A stretch of 63,996 nt of DNA, filler included, from Chiloscyllium plagiosum (Eukaryota): assembly GCF_004010195.1 (NCBI RefSeq). It is 5 parts of one record of this genome, joined end to end, with 100 filler letters (N's around TTAATTAATTAA, not from the genome) between each part and the next. Parts side by side here need not be neighbours in the genome. Positions count along the whole stretch, not along the records: positions 1 to 19,161 come from NC_057716.1; 4 more parts are not named here. The stretch is one strand, 5' to 3'. Shown piece after piece: positions 1 to 12,005 of this stretch. How positions within the stretch are numbered: the stretch's first letter is position 1; each line of letters starts with the position of its first letter. A program made the translations under genes and the position numbers. Below the pieces are notes generated by a model. That model made no database searches. It had not been told where the DNA came from and worked only from the letters and a program-made list of their open reading frames with translations.

Positions 1-473
1 CCTGGTATAGAAGGAAGGTCTTATAAGGAAAGGCTGAGGGACTTGAGGCTATTTTCGTTAGAGAGAAGAAGGTTGAGAGGTGACTTAATAGAGACATATA
101 AGATATCAGAGGGTTTAGAGACATATAAGATAATCAGAGGGTTAGATACGGTGGACAGGGAGAGCCTTTTTCCAAGTATGGGGACGGCGAGCACGAGGGG
201 GCATAACTCTAAATTGAGGAGTGATAGATATAGGACAGATGTCAGAGGTAGTTTCGTTATTCAGAGAGTAGTAAGGGTATGGAATGCTTTGCCTGCAACG
301 GTGGTAGATTCGCCAACTTTAAGTACATTTAAGTCGTCATCGGACAAGCATATGGATGTAGATGGAATAGTGTAGGTTAGATGGGCTTCAGATTGGTATG
401 ACAGGGCGGCGCAACATCAAGGGCCGAAGGGCCTGTACTGCGCTGTAATGTTCTATGTTCTATGTTCTATGTT
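1..473 (+). mobile_element. CR1 LINE 3' end
   Basis: ORF LFSLERRRLRGDLIETYKI...RVVRVWNALP (CR1 ORF2 C-terminus) followed by a (ttctatg)n tail. Confidence 0.9.
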
Positions 474-1235
474 CTAATCCACCTAGCCTGCATGTCCCTG
501 AAAACGGTGGACAATTTAGAATTGCCAATCCATGTAACCTGCACATCTTTGGATTGTGGGACGAAGTCAGAGCACTCGGAGGAAAGTATAACTTATTTTT
601 CTGGAAAGGGTCACTGGATCCAAAACACATTCTCTCCACAGACCTGTTGAGTTTTTCTAACAATTTCTGTTTTTGTTTCTGACATCCAGCATCCGCATTT
701 CTTTTGTTTTTTTTAACTTGCTGTTTATCCAGTTCTACTATCACAGATTAACAGGAAGAAATCTGTGTTTCTATCAATCCACCTAAAAATATAAGAGTAA
801 ACCAAATGTCAAAATCCAATTTTGAATCCTTGGTGTAATAACATAACTTTAAAATAAACACTAAAAAGATGCATTCATAAATGAATAGTTTCGACTACCC
901 AACTTTACTGTGTAAACATAACTGATGATGCTAAAGTTCTTCAAGCTACATAAATTTTAATAGATAACATGGTTGATTCTGCTTACTTGCGATAATAGTA
1001 ATGCATCTGCTGAATTAAAAATGAACCAAATTCTTGTCCATTTTAGTAGCAATATTTAGAGTATATAATTTTTTTTTCAAAGTTCCAAAACAATGCAACA
1101 GCATATAAAACTGTAATTTCTGCTCTTGGAATTCGAGGAAATAACCTCCAACTCATAAAATACCTCAGAAAAGGAGCAGCTGTTACAACCAGAATTTTTT
1201 CCCGTCCTCCATCTTGGATTATCCAGAAGCTGAGG

Positions 1236-1870
1236 GTTACTTCAGATTACAACAGGATCTGGACCAGATGGGCCAATGGGCTGAGAAGTGGCAGATGGTG
1301 TTTAATTCAGATAAATGCGGGATGCTGCATTTTGGGAAAGCAAATCTTAGCCTTCCTATCGGAAAGATGTTGTGAAACTTGAAAGGGTTCAGAAAAGATT
1401 TACAAGGATGTTGCCAGGGTTGGAGGATTTGAGCTATAGGGAGAGGCTGAACAGGCTGGGGCCGAAACGTCGGAGGCTGAGGGGTGACCTTACAGAGGTT
1501 TACAAAATTATGAGGGGCATAGATTGGATAAATAGGCAAAGTCTTTCTCCCTGGAGTCGGGGAGTCCAGAACTAGAGGGCATAGGTTTAGGATGAGAGGG
1601 GAAAGATATAAAAGAGACCTAAGGGGTAGCTTTTCCACACAAAGGATGGTCCAGGTATGGAATGAGCTGCCAGAAAAAGTGGTGGAGGCTGGTACAATTG
1701 CAACATTTAAGAGGCATTTGGATGGGTATATGAATAAGAACGATTTGGAGGGATATGGGCCGGGTGCTGACAGGTAGGACTAGATTGGGTTGGGATATCT
1801 GGTTGGCATGGACAGGTTGGACTGAAGGGTATGTTTCCATGTTGAACATTTCTATGACTCTATGACTCTA
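1236..1870 (+). mobile_element. CR1 LINE 3' fragment
   Basis: LERVQKRFTRMLPGL...RGDL...WNELP; (ctatga)n tail. Confidence 0.9.
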
Positions 1871-1879
1871 ATTGAGAGT

Positions 1880-2100
1880 GCGGTACACTGTCCCTTCTTG
1901 AGTCAGAAGGTTAAGTTCAAAGGCAAGACAGAAGGAGCGTTACAAAGGCAAGACAGAAGGAGCGTTACACTGAAGAAGATCCGTTTATATAGATGAGACA
2001 TTAAGCATAAGCCCTGTCTGGTATCTCAGGTAAAGATTTTCTTTACAACAGTGGAATATTTCTTGAAACCCAGGCTTTTGCTTATCTCTCAATTAAAATC
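1880..2100 (+). mobile_element. Degenerate DeuSINE (SacSINE1-like) fragment
   Basis: gatgagacattaagcataagccctgtctg...ctcaggt resembles the Deu core domain as recalled. Similar decayed pieces lie near 11250-11410 and 21110-21370. Contains a 25-bp tandem duplication (1918-1967). Confidence 0.45.
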
Positions 2101-2609
2101 ACAAATAAACAGATTTCTCTGCTGAACTCAATGCCACAGAGGCTGTAGAGGCTATGTCATTGAGTGTCCTTAAGACAGAGATAGGTTTTTGATTAGTAAA
2201 GGGATCAAGGGTAATGCGGAGAAGGCAGGACAGGGGGGTTGAGAGACATATCAGACATGAACAAATGGCGGAGCAGACTCGATGGGTCAAATGGCCTTAA
2301 TTCTGCTTCTACATTTTATGATCATTATGTTGTGGCTGTTATTGGGAGCTTGCTATTGCTTAGCACACTGATGTATCCAGGAGTCATGGAAGGTTCGTGG
2401 TAAATGTGCGCTTTCAGTTCTTGCCTGGACATGTCATGGAGGCAGGTTCAATGGAAACATTCAACAAGGCACAGGATGATTATTTGGATATAAATGATGT
2501 GCAGGGATTTGGGGGGAAAGACAGAAGATCGACACTGGGTAATATCACTGACACAAGTATGATGGACCAAATTTTATCTTTCTGCTCTGTGACAATTCTA
2601 TATTTCTAA

Positions 2610-3475
2610 GTCTTTTGTTTTTCAAATTCACTTGTGGGATGTGGGTGTCCCTCACTGGGCCAGTATTTATTGCCCGTCCCTAGTTGTCCTTGAGAAGGTA
2701 GTGGTGAGCTGCCTTCTTGAATCGCTGCAGTCCATCTGCTCTGTGTTGACCCACAAAGCCATTAGGGAGGGAATTCCATGATTTTGACTCAGCGACTGTG
2801 AAGGAATGGAGATATTTGTCCAAATCAGGGTGGTGAGCAACTTGGGGGGGGAGCTTGCAGATGTTGTTGTGGTTCCCATGTACCTGCTGCTATTGTCCTT
2901 CGAGATGGACGTGGTTGTGGGTTTGGAAGATGCAGTCTAATGATCTTTGGTGAATTTCTGCAGCGTTTCTTGTAAATAGTACACACTGCTGCTACTGAGT
3001 GTCAAGTAGTAGAGGGATTGGATGTTTTTGGATGTAGTGCCAATCAAGTGGGCTGCTTTGTCCTGGATGGAGTCAAGCTTCTTCAGTGTTATTGGAAAGT
3101 ATTCCATCACACTCCTGACTTGTGCCTTGTAGATGGTGGACAGGCTTTGGGGAGTCAGGAGGTGAGTGACTCATCGCAGTATTCCTAACTTCTGACCTGC
3201 TCCTGTCACCCCTGTGTTTATGTGGTAAGTCCAGGCAACTTTCTGGCCAATGATAACCCCCAGGATGTTGCCAGTGAGGAATTCAGTGATGGTAACACTG
3301 TTGAATGCCAAGAGCCGGTGTTCAGGTTGTCTCTTATTGGAGATGGCCATTGCCTAGCATTTGTGTGGCATGTATGGCACTTGCTACTTGGTACTTGCTA
3401 CTTGCAAGCGCAAGCCTGGATATTGTCCAGATTTGTTTCATTTGAACATGGACAGCTTCAGTATCTGAGGAGGAA
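2610..3475 (-). mobile_element. Non-LTR retrotransposon 3' fragment (CR1/L2 group, second family)
   Basis: Reverse complement matches 63180-63840 (tgggtcaac...gcagcggttcaagaaggcagctcacc...). Confidence 0.7.
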
Positions 3476-3489
3476 GACCAGAATTGCAC

Positions 3490-4106
3490 ACAATATTCTA
3501 AAAGTGTGAAACTTGAAAGGGTTCAGAAAAGATTTACAAAGATGTTTTCAGGGTTGGGGGGTCTGAGCTTTAGGGAGAAGCTGAATAGGCTGGGGCTGTT
3601 TTCCCTGGAGTGTCAGAGGCTGAGAGGTCACCTTATAGAGGCTTATAAAATGAAGGGCATGGATAGGATGAATAGACCTTTTCCTTAGGGTAGGGGAGTC
3701 CAGAGCTACAGGGCATAGGTTTAGGGTGAGAGGGGAAAGATTTAAAAGGGACCTAAGGGCAACTTATTCACGCAGATGGTGGTGTGTGTATGGAATGAAC
3801 TGCTAGAGTATTCCTGATGAAGGGTTTTTGCCCGAAACGTCAATTTTACTGCTCCTCGGATGCTGCCTGAACTGCTGTGCTTTTCCAGCACCATGAATCC
3901 AGATCCTGCTAGAGGAAGTAGTGGACGCTGGTACAATCATAGCACTTAAAAAGAATCTGGATGGGTGGATGAGTAGGAAGGGTTGAGAAGGGTATGGGCC
4001 AATTGCAGGCAAATGGGATGAGGTTAATTTAGGATATCTGGTCGGCATGGAAAGTTGGACTGAAGAGTCTGTTTCCGTGCTGTTCATCTCTATGACTCTA
4101 TGACTA
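3490..4106 (+). mobile_element. CR1 LINE 3' fragment interrupted by a hammerhead-bearing insert
   Basis: LERVQKRFTKMF...; (ctatga)n tail; insert at 3809-3905. Confidence 0.88.
3809..3905 (+). mobile_element. Penelope pLTR-derived short element with minimal hammerhead ribozyme core (family 1)
   Basis: CTGATGA-AGGGT-TTTT-GCCC-GAAAC-GTC at 3814-3841; 9-bp TSD ctgctagag (3800-3808 / 3906-3914). Confidence 0.8.
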
Positions 4107-4165
4107 TTACCAATGTCCTCCACAGCTGCAACAGGACCTCCCAACCCATTACTCAATACTCTGTT

Positions 4166-4461
4166 GATTAGATTCCCTACACTGTGGATACAGGCCCTTC
4201 AGCCCAACCAGTCCACACCGAACCTCCGGACTCATTTCCCTCTGACTAATGCACCTAACATTATGGGCAATTTAGCATGGCCAATTCACCTGACCTGCAC
4301 ATCTTTGGACAGTGGGAGAAAACCGGAGCACCCGGAGGAAACCCATGCAGACACGGGGAGAATGTGCAAATTCCACACAGTCAGTCGACCGCTGCTGGAG
4401 TTGAACCTGGGATCCTCGTACTGAGGCAGCAGTGCTAACCACTGAGCCACCGTGCCACTCC
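4166..4461 (-). mobile_element. HE1-type V-SINE
   Basis: tRNA-like head TGGCTCAGTGGTTAGCACTGCTGCCTCA, V-domain GGGTTTCCTCCGGGTGCTCCGGTTT, CR1-like tail. Confidence 0.9.
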
Positions 4462-4466
4462 AAAGC

Positions 4467-4539
4467 ACTCCGAATAGGGACATGAACCTGGGACCCTATG
4501 ATTAAAAGTCTGATGCTCTACTGACTGAGCTATCCGGGC
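4467..4539 (-). tRNA. tRNA-Lys(UUU)-like copy, probably a pseudogene
   Basis: Minus strand reads GCCCGGATAGCTCAGTCAGTAGAGCATCAGACTTTTAATCATAGGGTCCCAGGTTCATGTCCCTATTCGGAGT, close to vertebrate tRNA-Lys-TTT. Substitutions disturb the anticodon, T and acceptor stems. Confidence 0.8.
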
Positions 4540-5879
4540 TCTGTTGTCTTATGTGTTTTATTTTCGAATCAACCTGTTATCAGACACCTCTGGAGAAGAT
4601 GGTACTTGAACTCTACCACTGTACCACACAAGCTTTTTTAACAGTTGCTTTACAATTGGACCTTTTGCTCACTGTAGAGAGACTGGGATAACCATGCATC
4701 CTGTATCTTTCACTTCAAGCAATTAATTTGACTCCTGCTTTCTGCAGGGTAGGAAAGAAGAGGCTGCGGACCTGGTCATCATCCAACAGCCAGGCAGACC
4801 ATTAAATTGAGACTCAATAGAATGCAAAGCAGCAGGTCCAGTGAGGTGACAGGCAATGGAGTACGAGGTCACAAATGGCCTATCCTTTGTTGTCATTGAA
4901 GTTAATGTGGCCTTACCAAGCATAGAACTAATCGTGAGCTCACATGTTTCAAAAGCAATCAGCATATTGATTCCAACTGGCTTTTATAGGTGATTGCTAC
5001 ATATAGTTGCTAATGAGCAGTTTCAAAACAGAAAGATGAGCTCAAATAATATTTCTGGTTTCATTCCCCATTGCAAAGGTAGAATTTAACAAACATGATT
5101 GGAGCGTACATGTGTCAATTCAAAACAATCGACTTCATAGCTTTACTCAGTATTGGCGAAGGTTGTGGTTCCTGAAAGAACTCACCAATTCGATTCAATC
5201 CCCTCCTGTTTCCCTTTAGCCCCGCAAGGTTTCCCTGTTTAAGTATTTCCACAAGCTCTTTTTTAAAGTAATCTTTAAGTTTTCAATTATTTCTAATCTG
5301 TGTTATCTAATTACAAATCCCCTTCTCCCTATTTACTTGATCAAACCTGCTGAAAAATTTGAAACACTTTTGTTAAACTATCCCCGAGCATGTGCAGTCA
5401 CAATCCCAATTGATTCAATCTTTCCACGTTTCCAAAATATCCTTGTCCTTCATGTGATCATGAAATGAACTACATTTCAGGCCACACTGAGCACCCACTC
5501 AAAATCTCAGGAAGAGGTTACATGAATGCTGCTAGGTACAAAGCAGGTAAAAGGTGGACCAGGTGACTTGTCAGAATTAAAGGACAGCATTTTCATTCAC
5601 TTCGCTAAATGTTGACATTGACAAAGAAACTGGCCTGATTCATTCCATCACTGGAGTATTGGGATAAGTGATGACAATTCCTCGCAGCTGAACTCAACTT
5701 TCCAGCCCAGTCCTTCATATCAGATCTTAATTCCAAGGTTTATAGGTAACACACCTCAAGTAGGAAACCTTGTTCCCTCCTCACAGTCAAATGTAGACTA
5801 GAGTTTCTCAGGCCTCTGTGGGAGGGCCCAAGAAATTCCTAAAAAGTTCCACTCCTAAGCATCTCGGATGAACTCCTAT

Positions 5880-6835
5880 TTCAAATATTGTTTCTTTTCC
5901 CCCTCTGTCAGCTACACAACCCTCCAGAGAACCACCTCCAGTCCCTGTTCCAGTGCTCTAATTCCCACTCTCATGAACATGATAAAGACAGGGTCTCCCT
6001 TGTCATCACTTTCCACCTCATCAGCCTCTGCATCTAACGTATCATCCTCAAACACTTATGCCAACTCCAATTAGACCCCCCACCAAGAACATCTTCCCCT
6101 CCCTACTCCTTTCCGACCTCCGCAAGGACTGTTCCTTTCGCCATTCCTTTGATCGCACGACACTTCCCACCAACCCCTTCAACTGCCCCGGCACCTTCCC
6201 CTGTAAGTGAAAAAGATGCAACAACTGCCCATACACCATCTCCCTTACCTCCATCCAGGGTCCCAAACTGTCCTTCCAGGTGAGATAGAGGTTCACCTGC
6301 CTCTCTCCAGCCTAGTCCACTGTATCCAGTGCTCCCAATAAGGTCTTCTCTATATAGGTGAGACTTAACATAAACTAGGTGTCCTTTTTACTGAACATCT
6401 TGGCTGGGCTCAAAACAGCCAGTCTGACCTCCTGGTCACCGCCCATTTCAATTCCCCCTCCGCCTCCCTCTCCAACATGTCCATCCTTGACCTCCTCCAA
6501 TGCTGCAGTGAATCCGACCGCAAATTGGAAGAACAACATCTCATCTTCTGTCTGGGCATCTACAGCCCAGAGGACTTGACATTGAGTTCTCCAATTTCTA
6601 ATAACCTTCCCAGCCATCTCCTGGCTCTCTTTCCAGCCCTGCCTTTGCACTTCCATCTCTCTGACCGACCCTGCCTTCCACCTACCAACTGGATTCATCG
6701 CTCCCATTGACCAACCGGGTGATACCCATTACCTATGTTTACCTATCCCTACCTTGCCACTGCACTAGTCTCCCCATCCCACCCACCCCCTTTATCAGTA
6801 GTTCCACCTACTCCCACATCATGCCCTGAAGGTTT
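5880..6835 (+). mobile_element. Decayed Penelope-like element 3' part (Cys-rich linker plus GIY-YIG endonuclease, Neptune-like)
   Basis: Broken frames give GTFPC..RCNNCPY...RFTC...C..C..GLLYIGET...EHL and RKLEEQHLIFCLG. A pyrimidine-rich pLTR-like stretch follows and resumes after the SINE near 7190. Confidence 0.75.
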
Positions 6836-6840
6836 TTTTT

Positions 6841-7168
6841 AATAGAATAGAATTCTTACAGTGCAGAAACAGGCCCTTCAGCCCAACAAGTCTACACTGA
6901 CCCTCTGAAGAGTATCCCACCCAGACCCATTCCCCTATTTCTCTGGTCTGACTACTAACCTAACCCACACATCCCTAAACACTACGGGCAATTTAGCTTG
7001 GCCAATTCACCTGGGCTGCAGGAGGAAATCAGAGCACCTGGAGAAAACCTGCACAGACACAGGGAGAATGGGTAAACTCCACATAGTCATTCGCCGAGGC
7101 TGGAATCGAACCCGGGTCCCTGGCACTGTGAGACAGCAGTGCTAACCACTGAGCCACAGTGCCACCCC
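6841..7168 (-). mobile_element. HE1-type V-SINE
   Basis: Same head, V-domain and tail as the other copies. Confidence 0.88.
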
Positions 7169-7399
7169 AAATACCCAAACCATTGGCTTCTTCACCTTCT
7201 GATGCTGCCTGGCTTGCTGTGTTCTTCCAGCCTCCTATTTGTCTACTTTCAATAGGATTGTGGCTGATCCAGCCCACCTCACTTTCCTGCCCTATCCCCG
7301 TAACCCTCGATTCCCTGACTCATCAAGGATTAATCTACCTTAGGCTTAAATATACAAAGGTACTGTTTCTACAATGGTAAGGATTTCTATAGATATTTA

Positions 7400-10030
7400 A
7401 GTTAAAAGGTAACAAAGTGAGTGTTGTTCCTATAAAATGTGAATGTGGGGAATTAATATTGGAAGATAAGAAGCTGACAGATCAACTGAGCATGTAATTG
7501 GCATCTGTCTTCATTTCAGACAACACAGGTAAGATCCCAGTAAATCAGAAAATGGAAGTGAGTGAGAATTCCAGGAAAATTATAATCCTCAGGGAAGTGG
7601 GACTGAAATAAATTGTTGGAGATATGGGATGATAACTGAGGAGTACTTAAAAGATGTGGCCGATAAGATAGTTGATGCATTGGTTTCAAGCTTCCAAACT
7701 TTGTTAGATTCAGAGAAGGTTCCATTGATTAGAAAATGACAAATGCAACTTCTTTATTCAACAAAGCGAGGAAGACAAAAAGTAAGAAGTTACAGGCCAG
7801 TAGCTTAACATCTTTCAGAGGCTTAGAAGTTACTGTTAATGATATGGCAGCATGAACTTAAAGCATTTCAAAGTAATCAAGCAGAGTCGACATAGTTTTG
7901 TGAAAGGGAAAACGTGTTCACCAAACTTACTGGGGTGTATTGAAGAGGTAACCTGTGTTGTGGATAAAAGGGAAATGGTAGATGCGTTGTACTTAAATTT
8001 TCAAAAGGTATTTGATAAGGAGACACATCAAAAATCATTGCAGATAATAGCACATGGTGTAGAGGGGTAACCTGTGTAAGATTGAGCAAAAATCCCCATA
8101 TTTGGCAATACTGGATCAAAATCTTGGACTTACCAAATAACTTTTAAAAGTTAAAAAGAAAGGTGAGCTGGACTCTAGTCTGGGAAAATTACAGACACAG
8201 GGACAGCCCAAATATCCAATTCACACATTCTCTTGAAAAGAACAATCGACCAGGCCTAAACCCCACCTAACCCAGACTGATTGGAGCCTATGCAGATACC
8301 AGATGTTCAATATTCATGCGCAGCGATACCAGACATTCCACTTAATCAAAATACATTCACACCTACTCTTAACTATTAGGAAGCCAATTGCCTCGAAAGA
8401 AACATCAGTAACACAATGGCAAGTGCAGATTTGGTTCCAAGATAAGGGATCCGAAATCAGTATAATTGCAGGCCCCAATGTCACTTGAGAGTATGATTCT
8501 CCCCTGGAACTATCTGCACAGCTATCTCTCCAGAAGAGGGATCTCAAAGAACTATCTCCCCAAGAACTATCTGCACAACCATCTCCAGAAAAAGGATCCT
8601 GACATCAGTTCCAAAACCTACCAACACAGGCCAGTTCTGTACCAGGAGAACCAACAGCAACCAACCACAACCAGCAGACCTGAGAACTGACAACACCCAA
8701 AAACAAGGCCCCCAGGTACATCCTGAGGTGAAAACCGACTGTAAAAACCACCAGGAAGTAAGGAAAACCAAGTACTCACCTGATAAATCCAAAGCGCGTC
8801 CTATCGCAGCAGCAGACTCAGTCCGGGCTGAAGGCCTCACCATTCGAAGTCTTCATCGAGGCACCGGGTACAGCAAGCAGGAACAGTCAGCTGTATCTCA
8901 AAATTGCAGTTTTCCCCAGTAAGTGAGCTAAAACTTCCAAGATCCCAAAGTTTCCAACCTATCTAGCATGGGTGGGAGGGAAGATGTGTGGTGACAGTGC
9001 AGGTACTCCAAGGGTAGGAAGCCCGATTAAAGTTTCTGAGATCAAAACCTGTGTTCAGCTTCTAATAGTGTTGAACCTGTGTTTAATCTAATAGTGCATC
9101 TAATTACAGTCCTCTATGTAGTTAATTGTGTTAATTTCACTGTTTATTATACTGGTACAGCAGCTCAGTGGTTAGTACTGCTGCCTCACAGCATATGGGA
9201 CCCGGGTTTGATTCCAGCCCTGGGTGACTGTCTATGTGGAGTTTGCACGTTCTCTCTGCGCCTGCCTGGGTTTCCTCCCACACTCCAAAGATGTACAGGT
9301 TAGGTGAATTGGCCATGCTAAATTGTCCATAATATTCAGGGATGTGTAGGTTAGGTGCATCAGTCAGGGAGAAATGTAAAGTAATAGGCTAGGGGAGTTG
9401 TTTACCCTTTGGTGGACTGGTGTGGACTTGCTGGGCCGAAGGGCCTGTTTTCACACTGTAGGAATTCTATGAATTTTGTATTTAATAAATGCAGAGATTC
9501 TTTTGCCCTGAAACACCTGTCTACTACTTTTCTCATTTCACATTTCCTGAATAGATCCAGTGTCATAACCAGGGATCTCGGGATGATTTGAATCACCTAA
9601 AAAATCGGCAAATAACTGATCACAAACAAGAAACTGACACCTAAATTGATGTGAATAGAAGATTAGCAGGCTAACAGGAAACAGAATGTAGGTAGGCACA
9701 AATGGGTCATTTTCTGGTTGGCAAGATGTAATGAGTGGATCAGTTCTGGTACTTCAACGTCTAACAACATATATAAATGAGTTAGATTAAAGAACCAAAG
9801 GTCTGGTTGGTAAGTTTGCTAATAACACAAAGTTAATAAGAAAGTGAGTTTTGAAGAGGACTTGAGAAGGATAGTTTCATGAATAGGCAAACATCTGAGA
9901 AATGGATTGCAATATGAAAGTATCCATTCCCATGCATAGTATAGGATTCCTTATTAAAGGAAGCATATAAAATATGTTGGAAGCAGCGCAGAGAAGATTT
10001 ACAGGGTTAATACCTGGAACGGGTGTGTTA
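7400..10030 (+). mobile_element. Old CR1 RT fragments interrupted by a ~1.55 kb insertion (8073-9640, possibly LTR-like)
   Basis: HSFVKGKTCSPNLL...LYLNFQKVFDK stops near 8070 and CR1 sequence resumes near 9645. Confidence 0.6.
9152..9472 (+). mobile_element. HE1-type V-SINE
   Basis: gctcagtggttagtactgctgcctcacag...gggccgaagggcctgttttcacactgta. Confidence 0.88.
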
Positions 10031-10039
10031 TACAGGAAA

Positions 10040-10760
10040 GCAGAAGCAGGAGGAGGCCATTAGCAACATTGAAACAGGCCATTCAGCCCCTCAAGCCTAC
10101 TCTGCCATTCAATAAGACCATGGCTGATCTGTGGCCTAACTCCACATGCTGCCTTGGTCCCAGATCTTTTGCTGAATAAAAAAATGTCGCTCTCATATTT
10201 AAATTTCACAATTGAATTAGCATCAACCATCATTTGAGGAAAAGTATTCCAAACTTCCACTACTCTTTATATGTCGAAGTACTTTCTAACATCTCTCCTG
10301 AAAGACCTGGCCCTAATTCTCAGACTGTGCCCCCCTCGTTCTAGAATCTTCAACCCGTGGAAATAGTTTATCTTTATCTACCCTGTATTTCCCCGTCAAT
10401 ATCCTGAAGACACCGATTAGATCATCCTTAACCTTCTAAATTCAAGAGAATAAAGGCCTATTTTTTTATAATCTTTTCTTATACTCAACTGCTGAAGTCT
10501 AGATATCATCCTTGTAAACTTGTGTTGAGCTCCTTCCAGGGTCAAAATATCCTTCCTGAGATGGGGTGCCCAGATCTGCTCACAGTACTCCAAGTGGGGT
10601 CGGCGTAGGGTTTTGGAAAAGTGCAGCATATGAAGGCCATTATTCCAATGGCATTCTTGACTATTTTCTGCAGCTGCTCATGACATTTTAAAGAGATGTA
10701 CACCTGAACCCACAAATCCCATACTGTTTGATGTCATGAATAAATCTTTGTCTTGAATGC
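10040..10760 (-). mobile_element. CR1 LINE 3' fragment
   Basis: Minus ORF RPHLEYCEQIWAPHLRKDI...LYSLEFRRLR and VWNTFP. Confidence 0.85.
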
Positions 10761-11801
10761 ACTTAATGACTGAGCTTCCACAGACCTCTGAAATAGAGAA
10801 ATCCATCGACTCACTTCTGAGAGAAGAATTCCCTCTCATCTCAGTCCAAGATGGCTTGTCTCTTATTCTGCAACTGTATTCCCCTAGTTCTTGACCCCAC
10901 ACCCAGGGTAAGTATCCTCTGAGCAACTACTATGTCTATCCATTTCAGAATTCTGTATATTTCCATGGGATCCCCTGTCATTCTTCCAAACACTAAACAG
11001 TTCAGAACTCATCTCCTCTATCTCTTCTCATGGGAGAGTTCAACCATTCCAGGAATTGGTCCGGTGAACTTCCACTGCTCTCCCTCTGTGGAAGCATATC
11101 CTTCCACTGGCAAGGAGCCAGAACATCACACTGTGCTGCAGTTGCAGTCTAACCAGTGTTCTACATTTCAGTGCAGTACTCAAGGAATGTTAAACCAAAG
11201 TGCATGCATGGGAATGATCTCATGGCACCAAGCAAGAAAGACAAAGTGCTTCAGACTATTATTTATCCCTCAACCAACACCATCCACAAATATATAATAG
11301 GTCATTTATCGCAGTGCTATTTATGAAACTTTGCAGTGTTCTGTTTAGCTGTCATATTTTCCCACAACAATGGATACAACTCAAGTTACTCATCTGGCTT
11401 GAGTACCTGAAGCAACTGTGCAGGTTCAATTCCTTCACTGGCTGAGGAAGATCCCATCTTTTCAACCTCACCCCTTACCTGAGGCATGCTGACCCTTAGG
11501 TTAAACCACCACCCAGTTGTCTCATTCTCATGAGAGAGAGCAACTTTATATTAGACAAAGCTACAGAAGATGTTAGATAATTGTCAGCATTTCTATTCCT
11601 AACCATTTTCTTCAGCGGATGGATGAATGAATGGTTTTCTGTTGAAGTAGAGAAGGCTGTTGTGTTCACATTGCAAGTTAAAGACCAATTTCATTGCAAT
11701 CTTGGTAAGATGTCACCTGGGGAGAGGGGAAATGCCCTGCACGTTTAGGGTCATGTTCCTGTTACTTTCGTGCAAGTAATGGCACCAGTCACAATACTTA
11801 C

Positions 11802-12005
11802 CAGGTGTATTCAGGAGGCGTGAGTTCTTGCAGTGGTAGGCTATCTCCTGCTCACAGTGCTCAGCACGATCAATCATTGTCTGCAGCTGTTCCACATTGG
11901 CACTATAGTTGAACGATGCGACGTAAGGCTTGTCGTAATTGGGAGAACCGTGTAATTTGCTTTCCTTCGTGTTGTTGTGCTGAATTATGGTCCAGGTTCT
12001 GTCTT
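11802..12005 (-). CDS. CNTNAP5: Contactin-associated protein-like (CNTNAP3/4/5 group) next internal exon, 204 nt, phase 1/1
   Basis: ctctgacag|AA GAC AGA ACC TGG...AAT ACA CCT G|gtaagt gives EDRTWTIIQHNNTKESKLHGSPNYDKPYVASFNYSANVEQLQTMIDRAEHCEQEIAYHCKNSRLLNTP. It splices in frame to the 18062-18181 exon. WTxxQHN, EHCEQE and SRLLNTP are Caspr-family motifs. Confidence 0.92.

Noticed and set aside
4113..4483. Recurrent short ORFs such as GTVAQWLALLPH and WPIHLTCTSLDCG
   Set aside because: Spurious translations of HE1 SINE sequence.
4748..4810. Plus-strand acceptor followed by a short frame (GRKEEAADLVIIQQPGRPLN*)
   Set aside because: Too short, no recognisable homology, and expected by chance in 64 kb.
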